From contig JAFSVJ010000028.1 in assembly GCA_017445025.1 (NCBI GenBank), forward strand, positions 30,707 through 94,706: 64,000 nucleotides of DNA, in the 5' to 3' direction. The notes beneath the pieces are model-generated. The model searched no databases. It was given only the letters and a program-made list of their open reading frames with translations, and was not told where the DNA came from. A program made the position numbers and the translations under genes. Position 1 is the first letter of the stretch. The number at the start of each line of letters is the position of its first letter. Positions 9,201 to 17,586 of this stretch are shown here, one piece after another. Source of the DNA: Abditibacteriota bacterium. Its GTDB lineage: Bacteria > Armatimonadota > UBA5829.

Positions 9201-9521
9201 TATAAAATCCTCATATTGGTCGTAAAACTCTTTTTTATCCAGAGCTTCAGAACAAAAGTTTTCTCTGACAGAAGAGAGAAATTTCTCAACGCCTTCACCG
9301 GAAATAGCCTTAACTATAATACTCTCGGAATTAAGGCCCACAAGTATTCTTAATTTAAGGTCATTCTTTTCAGCTTTGGCTTTTAGTTCTTGGTAGAGTT
9401 CCGGGATCGCGGAAAAATAGAAGTATCCCACCAAGAATTTCATTTCTGTAGATGTAGGAATTAAATCTTGAAATTTGGCTTTTAATGTGGTTGTGTCGTT
9501 ATTAATAATTAAGTTTGGCAT
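6246..9521 (-). CDS. fused phospholipase-D-family nuclease / SNF2-family (SF2) helicase
   Basis: N-terminal HKD motif NHSKLYLF...GSSNFTSAG. Helicase motifs: I (GDVVGLGKS), II (IIDEAHRFRN), III (LLTATPFNN) and VI (VIQRVGRMNRI). 1091 aa. Confidence 0.8.
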   Translation of the reverse strand: MPNLIINNDTTTLKAKFQDLIPTSTEMKFLVGYFYFSAIPELYQELKAKAEKNDLKLRILVGLNSESIIVKAISGEGVEKFLSSVRENFCSEALDKKEFYDQYEDFIKWIKEGKIIIRKTNKDNHSKLYLFAYPKDGKDNRFITGSSNFTSAGLFRQDEFNVEVNHAKDYIEADEYFENLWRDAILITEDDSIKKDIIEILTKETHCRKVTPYEAYIYILKTYLSLDMEDDKNIPQILDKAGFKPFRFQIDAIREALGKIEDYGGVILGDVVGLGKSIIASVIATQLPGNTLILCPPNLIGEPGSYGWKDYKYKFNIRGEVESSSFSNLKYIYERKLYSDFDNVIIDEAHRFRNDKNDTYGYLNTICKNKKVILLTATPFNNTFWDIHSILKLFLPTKFVSASYGYSLFEKFMDVKARIEDINSIIKDYRSTDPAKLAKIDRLLSKYLPGVKVASIGKPEIDKLHKMMKDVGGEVKDDISSYIIRRNRLDILNNPDYKKETGDLSTIEDPREALYFLEPDLSDFYDDILRYFSKTGGDFIGAIYRPVNYDAKNSVSKKLAKQYQDQLYDFMKRIIVKRLESSFGAFYESVKRYLQTNIEIYSFVTTNGYYVLNRKFMTDCVDLDDDEVLEKLKEMQAKKGKEYDVYEFTPSGEADFLEDIKKDIDLFTKIKERCEDLKMVDKDPKFEELVKIVDGIKAKEPNRKILVFTEFADTVKHLRNKFDGLHRDDIEYVYGSSIKIEEIEKEFDYSCKDQTNDKHILVSTDKMSEGHNLNRAGVVINYDIPWNPVRVIQRVGRMNRISAKVFDKLYIYNFFPSELTSDTVRVKQIATQKMLLIHNILGEDAKIFTPDEEPTAAELSEALHKLPYEDEEESFYTYVRKLYKSIEESTDPKVQEALKNIDKMPYRIKTCKLGTDNELILFILKNDMFVRHFNFDTSKSYVETKLNKDLIDKIKCDPDTPLETFSDNFWNMYPKLIDVNAGIRHSLPKKGDEEKAYNTLKSLEGIIKKDRYHSCAKYKDFIKALIDDITGLGTLSTFDYRKIKDWKDDDKLEAKITELYEDLGKSKYINSINRTEEKETKIIVGYENKKH

Positions 9522-9618
9522 TTTTTACCTCAAAACAATTAGTATACCCTAAAACTCGGAGAGTTTCTTGGAGGGGATTTTACCACTCTTTGTAAAATCA
9601 CAAAGAGGGGTAATATCA

Positions 9619-11460
9619 TTATATTTTTTTAAAAATCAAATTAACCAATTCTGTAGCTATTTCTTCCCCTCGCTCAGTTATATCTTTCCAAGTAGTAAAA
9701 GTAGTATAGCTTTCAGAATCAATTAAGGCATTTCTCTTGCTTGTTATTGGATCTTTATAAAATATCCTGGTATTTCCGATTTTATTTAAGCAAGAATCTT
9801 TAAAGTTTTTGTAAAGTTTATCCTTACACTCCTTAGGAAAATCACAACCGGATTTATAAACTGTTATACCATTATCATCATCTAAACCATCCATATAGTA
9901 TTGATATGAAGGATCAGAAGAACTTGGATTTTCGGGACATATATAATCTAAAATAAGCTCATCAAAATCTAAATCCAATAAATTATAAGCTTCTTTATAA
10001 TCAATGGTTCCTGATCCTTTTACGGATGCCATATAAAAAGCCAATAATATCATTGCCAACTTATTCTTATATGCATTCATATTTATAATTTCGGACAGAA
10101 CTGAACTATCAGGCAACTTGTTTATATAAGAATCTATTGTAGAAATTATATTAGTTATATTATAAGGTATGGTTTTATCAATCATATATCCCAATATATC
10201 TTTATACAAAGGAATTGAATCTTTACTGTCCCTATTGCAAACTGAAAGATATAAAAAAGAGTGTAGAATTACTTTTGAAACTGCATCTTCTACTTCCTTG
10301 GCAGTCAAAAAGGTTTCTTTATAATCATGCAAAAGTCTGAATATAAATGGCTTTGGATGTTTGTAGGAACCGTTTACAAATATTTTATAGAAAAATTTGA
10401 ATTTATCTCTGTTGATTAAGGTATATGTTTTATCTTCTGAGGTCAACATTTGATAAAACTCAACTTTATCATTTAAATCATCCAAGAATTTCTTCAAAGC
10501 TTCCGTTTCATCGCTTACACCATAATATTCTACCAATTCGTCTACAATCGTTTTTTTGAAATGACTTATTTTAATATTATTATTGTAAAACTTGATAAAA
10601 GCCTTTATATAAGTAGTTAAATAGTCATATAATTGGTCATTGGTTTTAATAATAAGATTTCCCCAAACAGACAAATAATGATGATGACTGGCTTCATCAA
10701 GTTTTGAGAAAATATAAGTCTTTATAAGATCTATATCTTCCAATTGTTTTCCTTTGGAATTAATTGATTCAAAGATAGAGAAAACTTTGGTTTGTTTGCA
10801 GTTGGAATCTATCACTATAAACCTAACAAAATTTAACAAATACTCGGCAAAAGCCAATAAATCATTAGAATCCGAAAATTCTTTTTTCAAATATTGATTT
10901 ATAAACTTAAAATTATCTATAACTCTTTTTTCAAAAGAATTGGCCGGGACAAATGATGAAATAAAATCGTCTATATTGGTGGGATCGTCAAATGCATAAT
11001 CAAATAATTGAGCAAAACAGGTTTTTTCTATACTGTTTAGGGAAATTAATCTTTGATCTTTGATATGTTTCCTGCCGACAACTTTCCATAAACAATTCTT
11101 CAATTTTACAATTGTTAAATCGCTTTCAGGTTCTCCGTTTTTTAATGCTCTTGTATATACTGACAAAAAAATCAAGGCAAAGGTGGTTATTCTTTGTTGA
11201 CCGTCTATAATATCATAAATGTTAATGTTTCCGTTAATTTTAGGTAAGGGAGTCTCATAAATTATAATATTACCGGTGTAATATCCTTCACTTCTTTCAT
11301 CAATATCGGTTAAATCAAAGACTTCTTTAATATCAATCAACAACTGATCAATATTTTCCTTATCCCAAGAATAAGGTCTTTGATACACAGGAACTGTGTA
11401 AGCTGACTTGAATAAATCTTCCAAGTCCATTGAAGCGGGGTCAAAAGTTTTTTTTGGCAT
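9619..11460 (-). CDS. DUF262 (ParB/Srx-like) + C-terminal DUF1524-like nuclease; GmrSD/BrxU/SspE-like type IV restriction-like enzyme
   Basis: N-terminal YQRPYSW and DGQQRITT motifs typical of DUF262. 613 aa with a C-terminal Cys/His-containing region. The start is 21 nt downstream of the MTase stop. Confidence 0.7.
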   Translation of the reverse strand: MPKKTFDPASMDLEDLFKSAYTVPVYQRPYSWDKENIDQLLIDIKEVFDLTDIDERSEGYYTGNIIIYETPLPKINGNINIYDIIDGQQRITTFALIFLSVYTRALKNGEPESDLTIVKLKNCLWKVVGRKHIKDQRLISLNSIEKTCFAQLFDYAFDDPTNIDDFISSFVPANSFEKRVIDNFKFINQYLKKEFSDSNDLLAFAEYLLNFVRFIVIDSNCKQTKVFSIFESINSKGKQLEDIDLIKTYIFSKLDEASHHHYLSVWGNLIIKTNDQLYDYLTTYIKAFIKFYNNNIKISHFKKTIVDELVEYYGVSDETEALKKFLDDLNDKVEFYQMLTSEDKTYTLINRDKFKFFYKIFVNGSYKHPKPFIFRLLHDYKETFLTAKEVEDAVSKVILHSFLYLSVCNRDSKDSIPLYKDILGYMIDKTIPYNITNIISTIDSYINKLPDSSVLSEIINMNAYKNKLAMILLAFYMASVKGSGTIDYKEAYNLLDLDFDELILDYICPENPSSSDPSYQYYMDGLDDDNGITVYKSGCDFPKECKDKLYKNFKDSCLNKIGNTRIFYKDPITSKRNALIDSESYTTFTTWKDITERGEEIATELVNLIFKKI

Positions 11461-11481
11461 ATTTGCCTCCTTAAAATTTAA

Positions 11482-14400
11482 TTATTTTTCAATTATTTTA
11501 ATTTCGTCATCAGTTAGATCATAAAGCTGATACACAAGGGTGTCGATTTCTTTTTCAAGGCTTGTGGTGTCCTTGCCTTGCTTTTTGCCCTCTGTAATTT
11601 GATCCACCAAATTCTCTATTTGATTGGCTATCTGCATGTTATCATCTTTTATTTCAGGAATAGGAAGTTTAATAACATCTTGAGTAAACCATCTTACAGC
11701 ATTTGTTCCTAATGAATTTCCATAATATGATATAAATGCATATCTTATTAATCTTGAATTTAATAAACCACAAATATATTTTACATTATTACCTGTAAGC
11801 ATATAACAAGTATTTAATAAATAATAACATTCATAATCATATATCATTTCTCCATCTGATATATCAGCCCATATAATTTTAGGTTTTTCATAATCTTTAT
11901 AATAATTTATTGTAGTTTGAGTTTCATACCATTTTCCAGAGGTTTTACTTCTTGCCTTAAAAGAACCATAATTTTTACCTGTCTGTTCAAGTCTTCTTTT
12001 ATCAAAATTATCTAAAAAGTATTTTTCAATTGTGGGATAATCTTTTATATTCAAATGTAAAGCCGGAAAAATTCCTATCACCCACAAATTAGCCCAATGA
12101 TATTCATATCTCTTTACATCTGAACCACGCAAGATGGGTTTAATTATTTTCTCCGTTCTCTGTCGTTCGGCAGATGTGGAACAGTTGTTTAAAATCTCGT
12201 CTTTGGTAGCTGTATCTATAATAAAAGCGTCATTAAAGCCGGTTTTAATACCATAATTAATGGTAATATCATCCCATTCTCCTAATGGTGTGCCTATATG
12301 CTCTATTTTTTTCTTTAGTGATACTTCTTCTCTTGATCCTATAAACCAACTGTCACTTGATAATTCTTTTAATATGACAGAATTATTGGTTATATAATCT
12401 CCCAAATTATCTTTAGGATTTTGACCTTTTCCCACCTTTAATGAACAAGCTTCAAGATCATAATGTATTTTTTCCTTTTTAATCAATAATATATTTGTAT
12501 CTACAGTTGCACTGTCAAAGACTCCGGGGCCTAAGTCTATCAACATCTTGGGGTTAAAATTGCAGAAATAGCCTCTTAACTTTTCACCATATCCGGCACG
12601 CATCCATTTGTTGGAGGTGATATAACATAAATTACCACCTGTCTTTAACAAATTCATTCCTTTTTCATAAAATAAACAATATATATCTCCACTACCATCA
12701 TGGGTTTCAAAACCTTGGGAAGCATATCGGTCTCTTAAATCTTTAGGTTTTATTTTTTGAAGTGGTATATAAGGCGGGTTTGCTATAACAATATCAAATC
12801 CTTCTTCAATACCAAACATCCATTTCGGATCAAACCAAGGGCAGGATTTGTTCTCAAAAGGATTCCAATCACATATAAACTGAATTCTTTCACTATCAGA
12901 ACCAATTTCTATGGCCTCATCTCTTATATTTTTTAATTTATATAAATACTCATCTTTTAATCTGTCTTTATCGTTTCCATGAGCATTTAAATAATCTTTT
13001 CTTATTTTTTGTAAATCTTTAATATCATTATCAAAATAACTATCGGAAAGATCTTTTGAGTCCGGTAAAGCAATTAAAGTATTGGCAGATACAAATTTAA
13101 AATCCAAATTAGGCAAAGGGAAAATATTTCTGTTTTCAACACCATCGTCTACTCTTTCATCTACAATTAAAGATAAAAAACATCTAAGCCTTGCAATATC
13201 CGTAGCCATGGTTTGTATATCCACACCATAAACAGAATTTCTGATAATTCCCAACTTATGTATATAACTTATGGCTTCTTGATTAAGTTTTGTTTCATAA
13301 GCCTCAAAAGCTTCCGTTAAAGTTGTTTTATCATGAGCCAGTATATAGTTTCTCCATAACTTTCCGTCGACATCCAATTTCCCTAAAATAAATAATATCT
13401 TCTGTAGCAGTCCCATAGGAAAGGCACCGGAACCACAAGCGGGATCAAGAATCTTAATATTGTATAAAGCTTCTGTTAATATTACTGTGACACATTGATC
13501 AAAAGGATTAGTCTCTTCATTAACGTCAAACAATTTATCTAACTTATCTTTATCTTTACAGAATTTATACAAATACTCCTTTAAACTCTCTTCACACATA
13601 TAATCCACTATTTCTCTAGGAGTATAAAAAGAACCGGAAGACTTTCTTGCATCTTCTTGGGTGACAGGATCTATAAATGCCAAAAGGTTTTCAAATATTT
13701 TACCCAACATTTCAGGGTCCACAGATATATCTGTATCGTTTACAGAGTTTTCATCTATAGTAAAATTAAATCTCCCGAATAAATCAAATAGTTTTATAAA
13801 CCATTGATTTGAAACTTTTAACACACCTGTGTTTGAATAATCACCTTTGTATTTATCTTCATCAATACATTGGAACAAACCACCGTTTAAATAAGGAACA
13901 AAATTAAAGTCATTTTGAGAAACAATATTATTATTTAATGTTTTATTATATTCTGTATAATCTCTTAAAGATTTGTTCTTATTAAGAACTTCAAAAAACA
14001 ATGTTTGTAGAACATAAGTATAGTATCCGCAATCGGAAGTCATTTTTTCAATAGTTTCAATACTTAAAATCTTATCCGGAATAATCTCCTTTCCTTGAAT
14101 TGATTTCTTTTGTTTCAAAAACCAACAGAATAAAATTCTTCCCAACAAACGAATTATAAATTTATTCTTATCTTCTTCCAATCCTTGATATTTCATCAAA
14201 GTCTTATCATTTTGTAAAGACAAATATAAGTCTTGAATTTCTTTATAAAATTCTTTTGTTACTTTTTCGATGGAGAAGGAGTCTGATAAGTCTTCAACCT
14301 TAAGCCACCTTTGATATTCTCCGGAAGAAGTCCGGTTTGCCACATATTTTTCAAAAGTCTTGTTGTTCTTAACAACCAATTCACCCTCATCATTTTCTTC

Positions 14401-14868
14401 CATTTGGAAAAAATGGGTTTGTCTGTTATACTTTGTAAACTCTACCTTTCCTTCACCGGGATAGATTTTTCTGACAAGGGACAGACGACAAGAAAGACTG
14501 TCGTTGTCATAAAAAGCCACCAAAGCAAAATCATAATCACTGCTTTTAATCAAATCCTTGATAATCTTAAACTGAAAAGATTTACTGCTTTTTTCCGTTA
14601 AGTTGTGGGACTTATCTTCACCTTTTTTTTCATTATACTCACTTACATAATCTTTATAATTGATTAAATAGCAAATAACATTATCGGAGCTGATTTTTCC
14701 ATATCCCAATTCTGTGATTGGACAACGGTTATCATCTGTAGTCTCCCTTGTTTTAGCTTCATCAATAATAGGATTGAATTTTCTTCTGATTAAGTCTGAT
14801 AAATAGGATTCTAATTTTGTTGGTGTTTTTGCCATTTTTAATTCTCTGTCATAATAATCGTTTAACAC
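11482..14868 (-). CDS. large gamma-class N6-adenine DNA methyltransferase (PglX / DrmMI / type IIG-IIL-like), 1128 aa
   Basis: Motif X GSFYTPREIVDYM, motif I ILDPACGSGAF, motif IV IANPPY. Long N- and C-terminal extensions, the C-terminal one TRD-like. Confidence 0.8.
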   Translation of the reverse strand: MLNDYYDRELKMAKTPTKLESYLSDLIRRKFNPIIDEAKTRETTDDNRCPITELGYGKISSDNVICYLINYKDYVSEYNEKKGEDKSHNLTEKSSKSFQFKIIKDLIKSSDYDFALVAFYDNDSLSCRLSLVRKIYPGEGKVEFTKYNRQTHFFQMEENDEGELVVKNNKTFEKYVANRTSSGEYQRWLKVEDLSDSFSIEKVTKEFYKEIQDLYLSLQNDKTLMKYQGLEEDKNKFIIRLLGRILFCWFLKQKKSIQGKEIIPDKILSIETIEKMTSDCGYYTYVLQTLFFEVLNKNKSLRDYTEYNKTLNNNIVSQNDFNFVPYLNGGLFQCIDEDKYKGDYSNTGVLKVSNQWFIKLFDLFGRFNFTIDENSVNDTDISVDPEMLGKIFENLLAFIDPVTQEDARKSSGSFYTPREIVDYMCEESLKEYLYKFCKDKDKLDKLFDVNEETNPFDQCVTVILTEALYNIKILDPACGSGAFPMGLLQKILFILGKLDVDGKLWRNYILAHDKTTLTEAFEAYETKLNQEAISYIHKLGIIRNSVYGVDIQTMATDIARLRCFLSLIVDERVDDGVENRNIFPLPNLDFKFVSANTLIALPDSKDLSDSYFDNDIKDLQKIRKDYLNAHGNDKDRLKDEYLYKLKNIRDEAIEIGSDSERIQFICDWNPFENKSCPWFDPKWMFGIEEGFDIVIANPPYIPLQKIKPKDLRDRYASQGFETHDGSGDIYCLFYEKGMNLLKTGGNLCYITSNKWMRAGYGEKLRGYFCNFNPKMLIDLGPGVFDSATVDTNILLIKKEKIHYDLEACSLKVGKGQNPKDNLGDYITNNSVILKELSSDSWFIGSREEVSLKKKIEHIGTPLGEWDDITINYGIKTGFNDAFIIDTATKDEILNNCSTSAERQRTEKIIKPILRGSDVKRYEYHWANLWVIGIFPALHLNIKDYPTIEKYFLDNFDKRRLEQTGKNYGSFKARSKTSGKWYETQTTINYYKDYEKPKIIWADISDGEMIYDYECYYLLNTCYMLTGNNVKYICGLLNSRLIRYAFISYYGNSLGTNAVRWFTQDVIKLPIPEIKDDNMQIANQIENLVDQITEGKKQGKDTTSLEKEIDTLVYQLYDLTDDEIKIIEK

Positions 14869-15069
14869 CGGTCAAAATTTGGTGCAAAACCACCTCTATT
14901 ATACATCAAAAAAAAAAAAAGCAAATCACAAGTCATTTTTGGTGGGATGAAAGAAAAAAGTGCTTTTTTAAGCCAAAAACAAACAATTTCTCTCAAACTC
15001 GTCCTCTGTCACCGGAAAACCTACTTATAAGATTAAATTAATTTGGAATGCATTTGCATCTGTGGATAT

Positions 15070-15213
15070 TTATCTCTCTATACTCTCCCCCATTAATTCC
15101 ACAACCTTTGATCCAAATAAATCGGATACAGTTAAATCCGTCCCTTTTGGAAATCTTATTGCCGCTAAAATGGCAAATGCCAATTTAACAAATACATTCG
15201 TTTTTGAATCCAT
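15070..15213 (-). CDS. small hypothetical protein (47 aa), not in ORF track
   Basis: Manual translation gives MDSKTNVFVKLAFAILAAIRFPKGTDLTVSDLFGSKVVELMGESIER. A GGAGGT RBS lies 3 nt upstream. It sits just downstream (minus sense) of repeat R2, mirroring the 4211..4405 gene after R1. Confidence 0.4.
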   Translation of the reverse strand: MDSKTNVFVKLAFAILAAIRFPKGTDLTVSDLFGSKVVELMGESIER

Positions 15214-15320
15214 AACCTCCTTTTTATTAAATTGTAAGAAATTTCATTTCCTTATCCATTTATTATATTCCAATCTTTCTAAAAATCTACTTTTTCAAAT
15301 CAAGAGGTTTATTTATACCC

Positions 15321-15446
15321 AAGGTTTTCTTTTCTCCCTTCCATATATATATAGTCATATTTCCACCCAAAATTGCCATTTTTTCAAAAAAAATTTTTAA
15401 ATATTTTTTGACAAAAAAAAAGATACCATGTTTTCACATAGTATCT
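15321..15446. repeat. direct repeat R2 (copy of 4436..4545)
   Basis: Same core sequence and hairpin as R1. Confidence 0.8.
15411..15445 (-). terminator. putative rho-independent terminator downstream of dxs (inside repeat R2)
   Basis: Minus strand: 9-bp stem gatactatg/catggtatc, 6-nt loop, then a 9-U run. Confidence 0.45.
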
Positions 15447-15473
15447 TATTCTTACGAGTTTAAGGGGTAAGGA

Positions 15474-17372
15474 TTAAAACATATCTATTATGGTTTGGGC
15501 TATGGTTTGAGGATCTAAGCCCAGTTTCTCAAAAAGCTTGTCCACGGAACCGTGTTCTATATATTCGTCAGGCAAGGTGAAAGATTTTTTTAGGAGATTG
15601 CCCTTTCCTATTTGGGTCAAATAGGCTCCCACCAAGGATCCGAAACCACCTTCTGCCACATTTTCTTCAAAAGTAAATATATAAAAGTTTTCCTTAGCCA
15701 CTTTTGATATATATTTCTTATCGAGAGGCTTTACAAAACGGGCATCCCAAACCTCTATATTAAAATCTTTTTTTAACAGCTCTTTTACTTTCAAAGCGGT
15801 ATAGCACATTCTTCCGCATGCCATAAAGACCATTGGAGGGGTTTTTGTTTTAAACAAATGTTTTAATCCCAAAGGCTCGGCAGGGCTTATTACCACACCT
15901 TTACCATATTCTAATTTTTCTTTTCCAATAGTATAAAGTGTAGGGCTTGCACCTCTCGGATACCTAATAGCAACAGGAGAGTTTATATCCAGAGATAACT
16001 TTATTGCTCCTTCCAAATCATTGACATCCTTAGGGGAAATAATGGTAATATTAGGAATATTGCTCAAATATGAAATGTCAAACATACCATGGTGAGTTTG
16101 TCCGTCCTCCCCTACCAGTCCGCTTCTGTCTATCATCAAAACCACAGGGAGATTTTGCATACAAATATCATGGTTAATTTGATCGTAGGCTCTCTGCAAA
16201 AAAGTGGAATAAATACATACAAAGGGCTTCAAGCCACCTTTAGCAAGTCCCGCACCAAAGCTGACAGCATGTTCTTCGCTCATCCCTACATCAAAAAATC
16301 TGTCCTTAAAAGTCTTTGCAAATTCACTTAGTCCGCACCCGTCGGGCATAGCCGCTGTGACAGCAACTATTTTTTTATTATCCTCTGCCAAATCACATAT
16401 AGTTTCGCTGAAAACATTGGTCCAAGAAATGTTGGTTTCCTTTTTCTCAGCTACTCCGTCAACTATATTAAACTTGCCTATACCGTGAAATTTAGCCGGG
16501 TTTTTCTCAGCAAACTCATATCCGTGTCCCTTTTGAGTAATAATATGAACCACGGTAGAAGATCTGTTTTGCTTTGCCCCTATTAAAGCTCTTTCCACAT
16601 CTTCGATTTTATGGCCGTCATAAGGTCCTATATAGGTAAGCCCCCATTCTTGAAAAAACACACCCTTAACTGACTGAAAAAGACGAATAAAACCGTGATA
16701 GAGACCTATACATGTATCTGCCACAACTCTTCCCCCGGGAATAAACTTTATACTTCTTTTCACAGTCTTTCTCGTTCTGTTTAGTCGATATTTCAAACGA
16801 AGGGTTGAGAAATTTTTAGCAAGAGCACCCACACTTTTAGAGATGGACATCTCATTGTCATTTAACACAATAATAACATTTGAGCCTAAGGAAGATAGAT
16901 TATTAAGGGCTTCAAGAGCCATACCGTTTCCTATGGATGCGTCCCCTATAACCACCACAATGTGACCGTTTTTGCCTTCAAGGTCCCTTGCTTTTGCCAA
17001 TCCCATAGCAAGAGATATTGAATTTCCGGAATGTCCGGTTATGAAATGGTCATGTTCACTTTCATTTGTATTTGTAAAACCGGAAAGGCCTCCAAAGGTT
17101 CTTAAAGTCTGAAACTCCTCTCCTCTGCCGGTTATAATCTTATGAGCATAAGATTGGTGACTTACATCCCATATTATTTTATCTTCCGGAGAATTAAAAA
17201 CAGAGTGTAATGCAACTGACAATTCCACCACGCCCAAATTAGAGGAAAGGTGACCGCCGTTTTTTGACACTACCTCTATTATCTTTTCTCTAAGATAATC
17301 CGCATATTTATATTTTTCCTTCAAAGTCAACTGTTTCAAATCTGAAGGACTTTTAATTTCATTATAATCCAT
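15474..17372 (-). CDS. dxs: 1-deoxy-D-xylulose-5-phosphate synthase
   Basis: GHLSSNLGVVELSVALHSVF, a GDASIGNGMALEALN TPP-binding region, and the transketolase-like C-terminal domains. 632 aa. Confidence 0.9.
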   Translation of the reverse strand: MDYNEIKSPSDLKQLTLKEKYKYADYLREKIIEVVSKNGGHLSSNLGVVELSVALHSVFNSPEDKIIWDVSHQSYAHKIITGRGEEFQTLRTFGGLSGFTNTNESEHDHFITGHSGNSISLAMGLAKARDLEGKNGHIVVVIGDASIGNGMALEALNNLSSLGSNVIIVLNDNEMSISKSVGALAKNFSTLRLKYRLNRTRKTVKRSIKFIPGGRVVADTCIGLYHGFIRLFQSVKGVFFQEWGLTYIGPYDGHKIEDVERALIGAKQNRSSTVVHIITQKGHGYEFAEKNPAKFHGIGKFNIVDGVAEKKETNISWTNVFSETICDLAEDNKKIVAVTAAMPDGCGLSEFAKTFKDRFFDVGMSEEHAVSFGAGLAKGGLKPFVCIYSTFLQRAYDQINHDICMQNLPVVLMIDRSGLVGEDGQTHHGMFDISYLSNIPNITIISPKDVNDLEGAIKLSLDINSPVAIRYPRGASPTLYTIGKEKLEYGKGVVISPAEPLGLKHLFKTKTPPMVFMACGRMCYTALKVKELLKKDFNIEVWDARFVKPLDKKYISKVAKENFYIFTFEENVAEGGFGSLVGAYLTQIGKGNLLKKSFTLPDEYIEHGSVDKLFEKLGLDPQTIAQTIIDMF

Positions 17373-17541
17373 ACAATAATATTATAACATATTTGACAAC
17401 AAATATAAAATTAATAGGTTTGCGAAAACTCCCTTCACTTTTTGGCAAATCACCCACTTTTTCTTAACGAATTTCAGAAAATATGTTGAAATATTAAAAT
17501 ATTTTGATACAAAATCGAAAAAATTCACAAATTATATAAAC

Positions 17542-17574
17542 AAAAAAAGAGGCTCTCACGAGCCTCTTTTTTTA
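17542..17574 (-). terminator. rho-independent terminator after glutamate dehydrogenase gene
   Basis: agaggctc-tcac-gagcctct stem-loop flanked by A-run and T-run, so it reads as stem plus U-run on the minus strand. Confidence 0.6.
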
Positions 17575-17586
17575 AACCAAGTATTA

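Noticed and set aside
11482-14868. Calling the 1128-aa MTase a canonical BREX PglX
   Set aside because: No brxA/B/C, pglZ or brxL is present within the flanking >10 kb. The partners are instead a GmrSD-like enzyme and a PLD-SNF2 fusion, so the generic PglX/DrmMI/type IIG-like label is kept.
15062-15400. 112-aa plus-strand ORF spanning repeat R2
   Set aside because: It runs through the intergenic repeat and has no RBS. The opposite strand has a GGAGGT-preceded 47-aa ORF that mirrors the gene after repeat R1, and this ORF is preferred.
15405-15446. TTGACA hexamer on the plus strand of repeat R2 as a promoter -35
   Set aside because: It points antisense into dxs. No -10 hexamer sits at 16-19 nt spacing. 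The hairpin plus U-run on the minus strand is better explained as a terminator.
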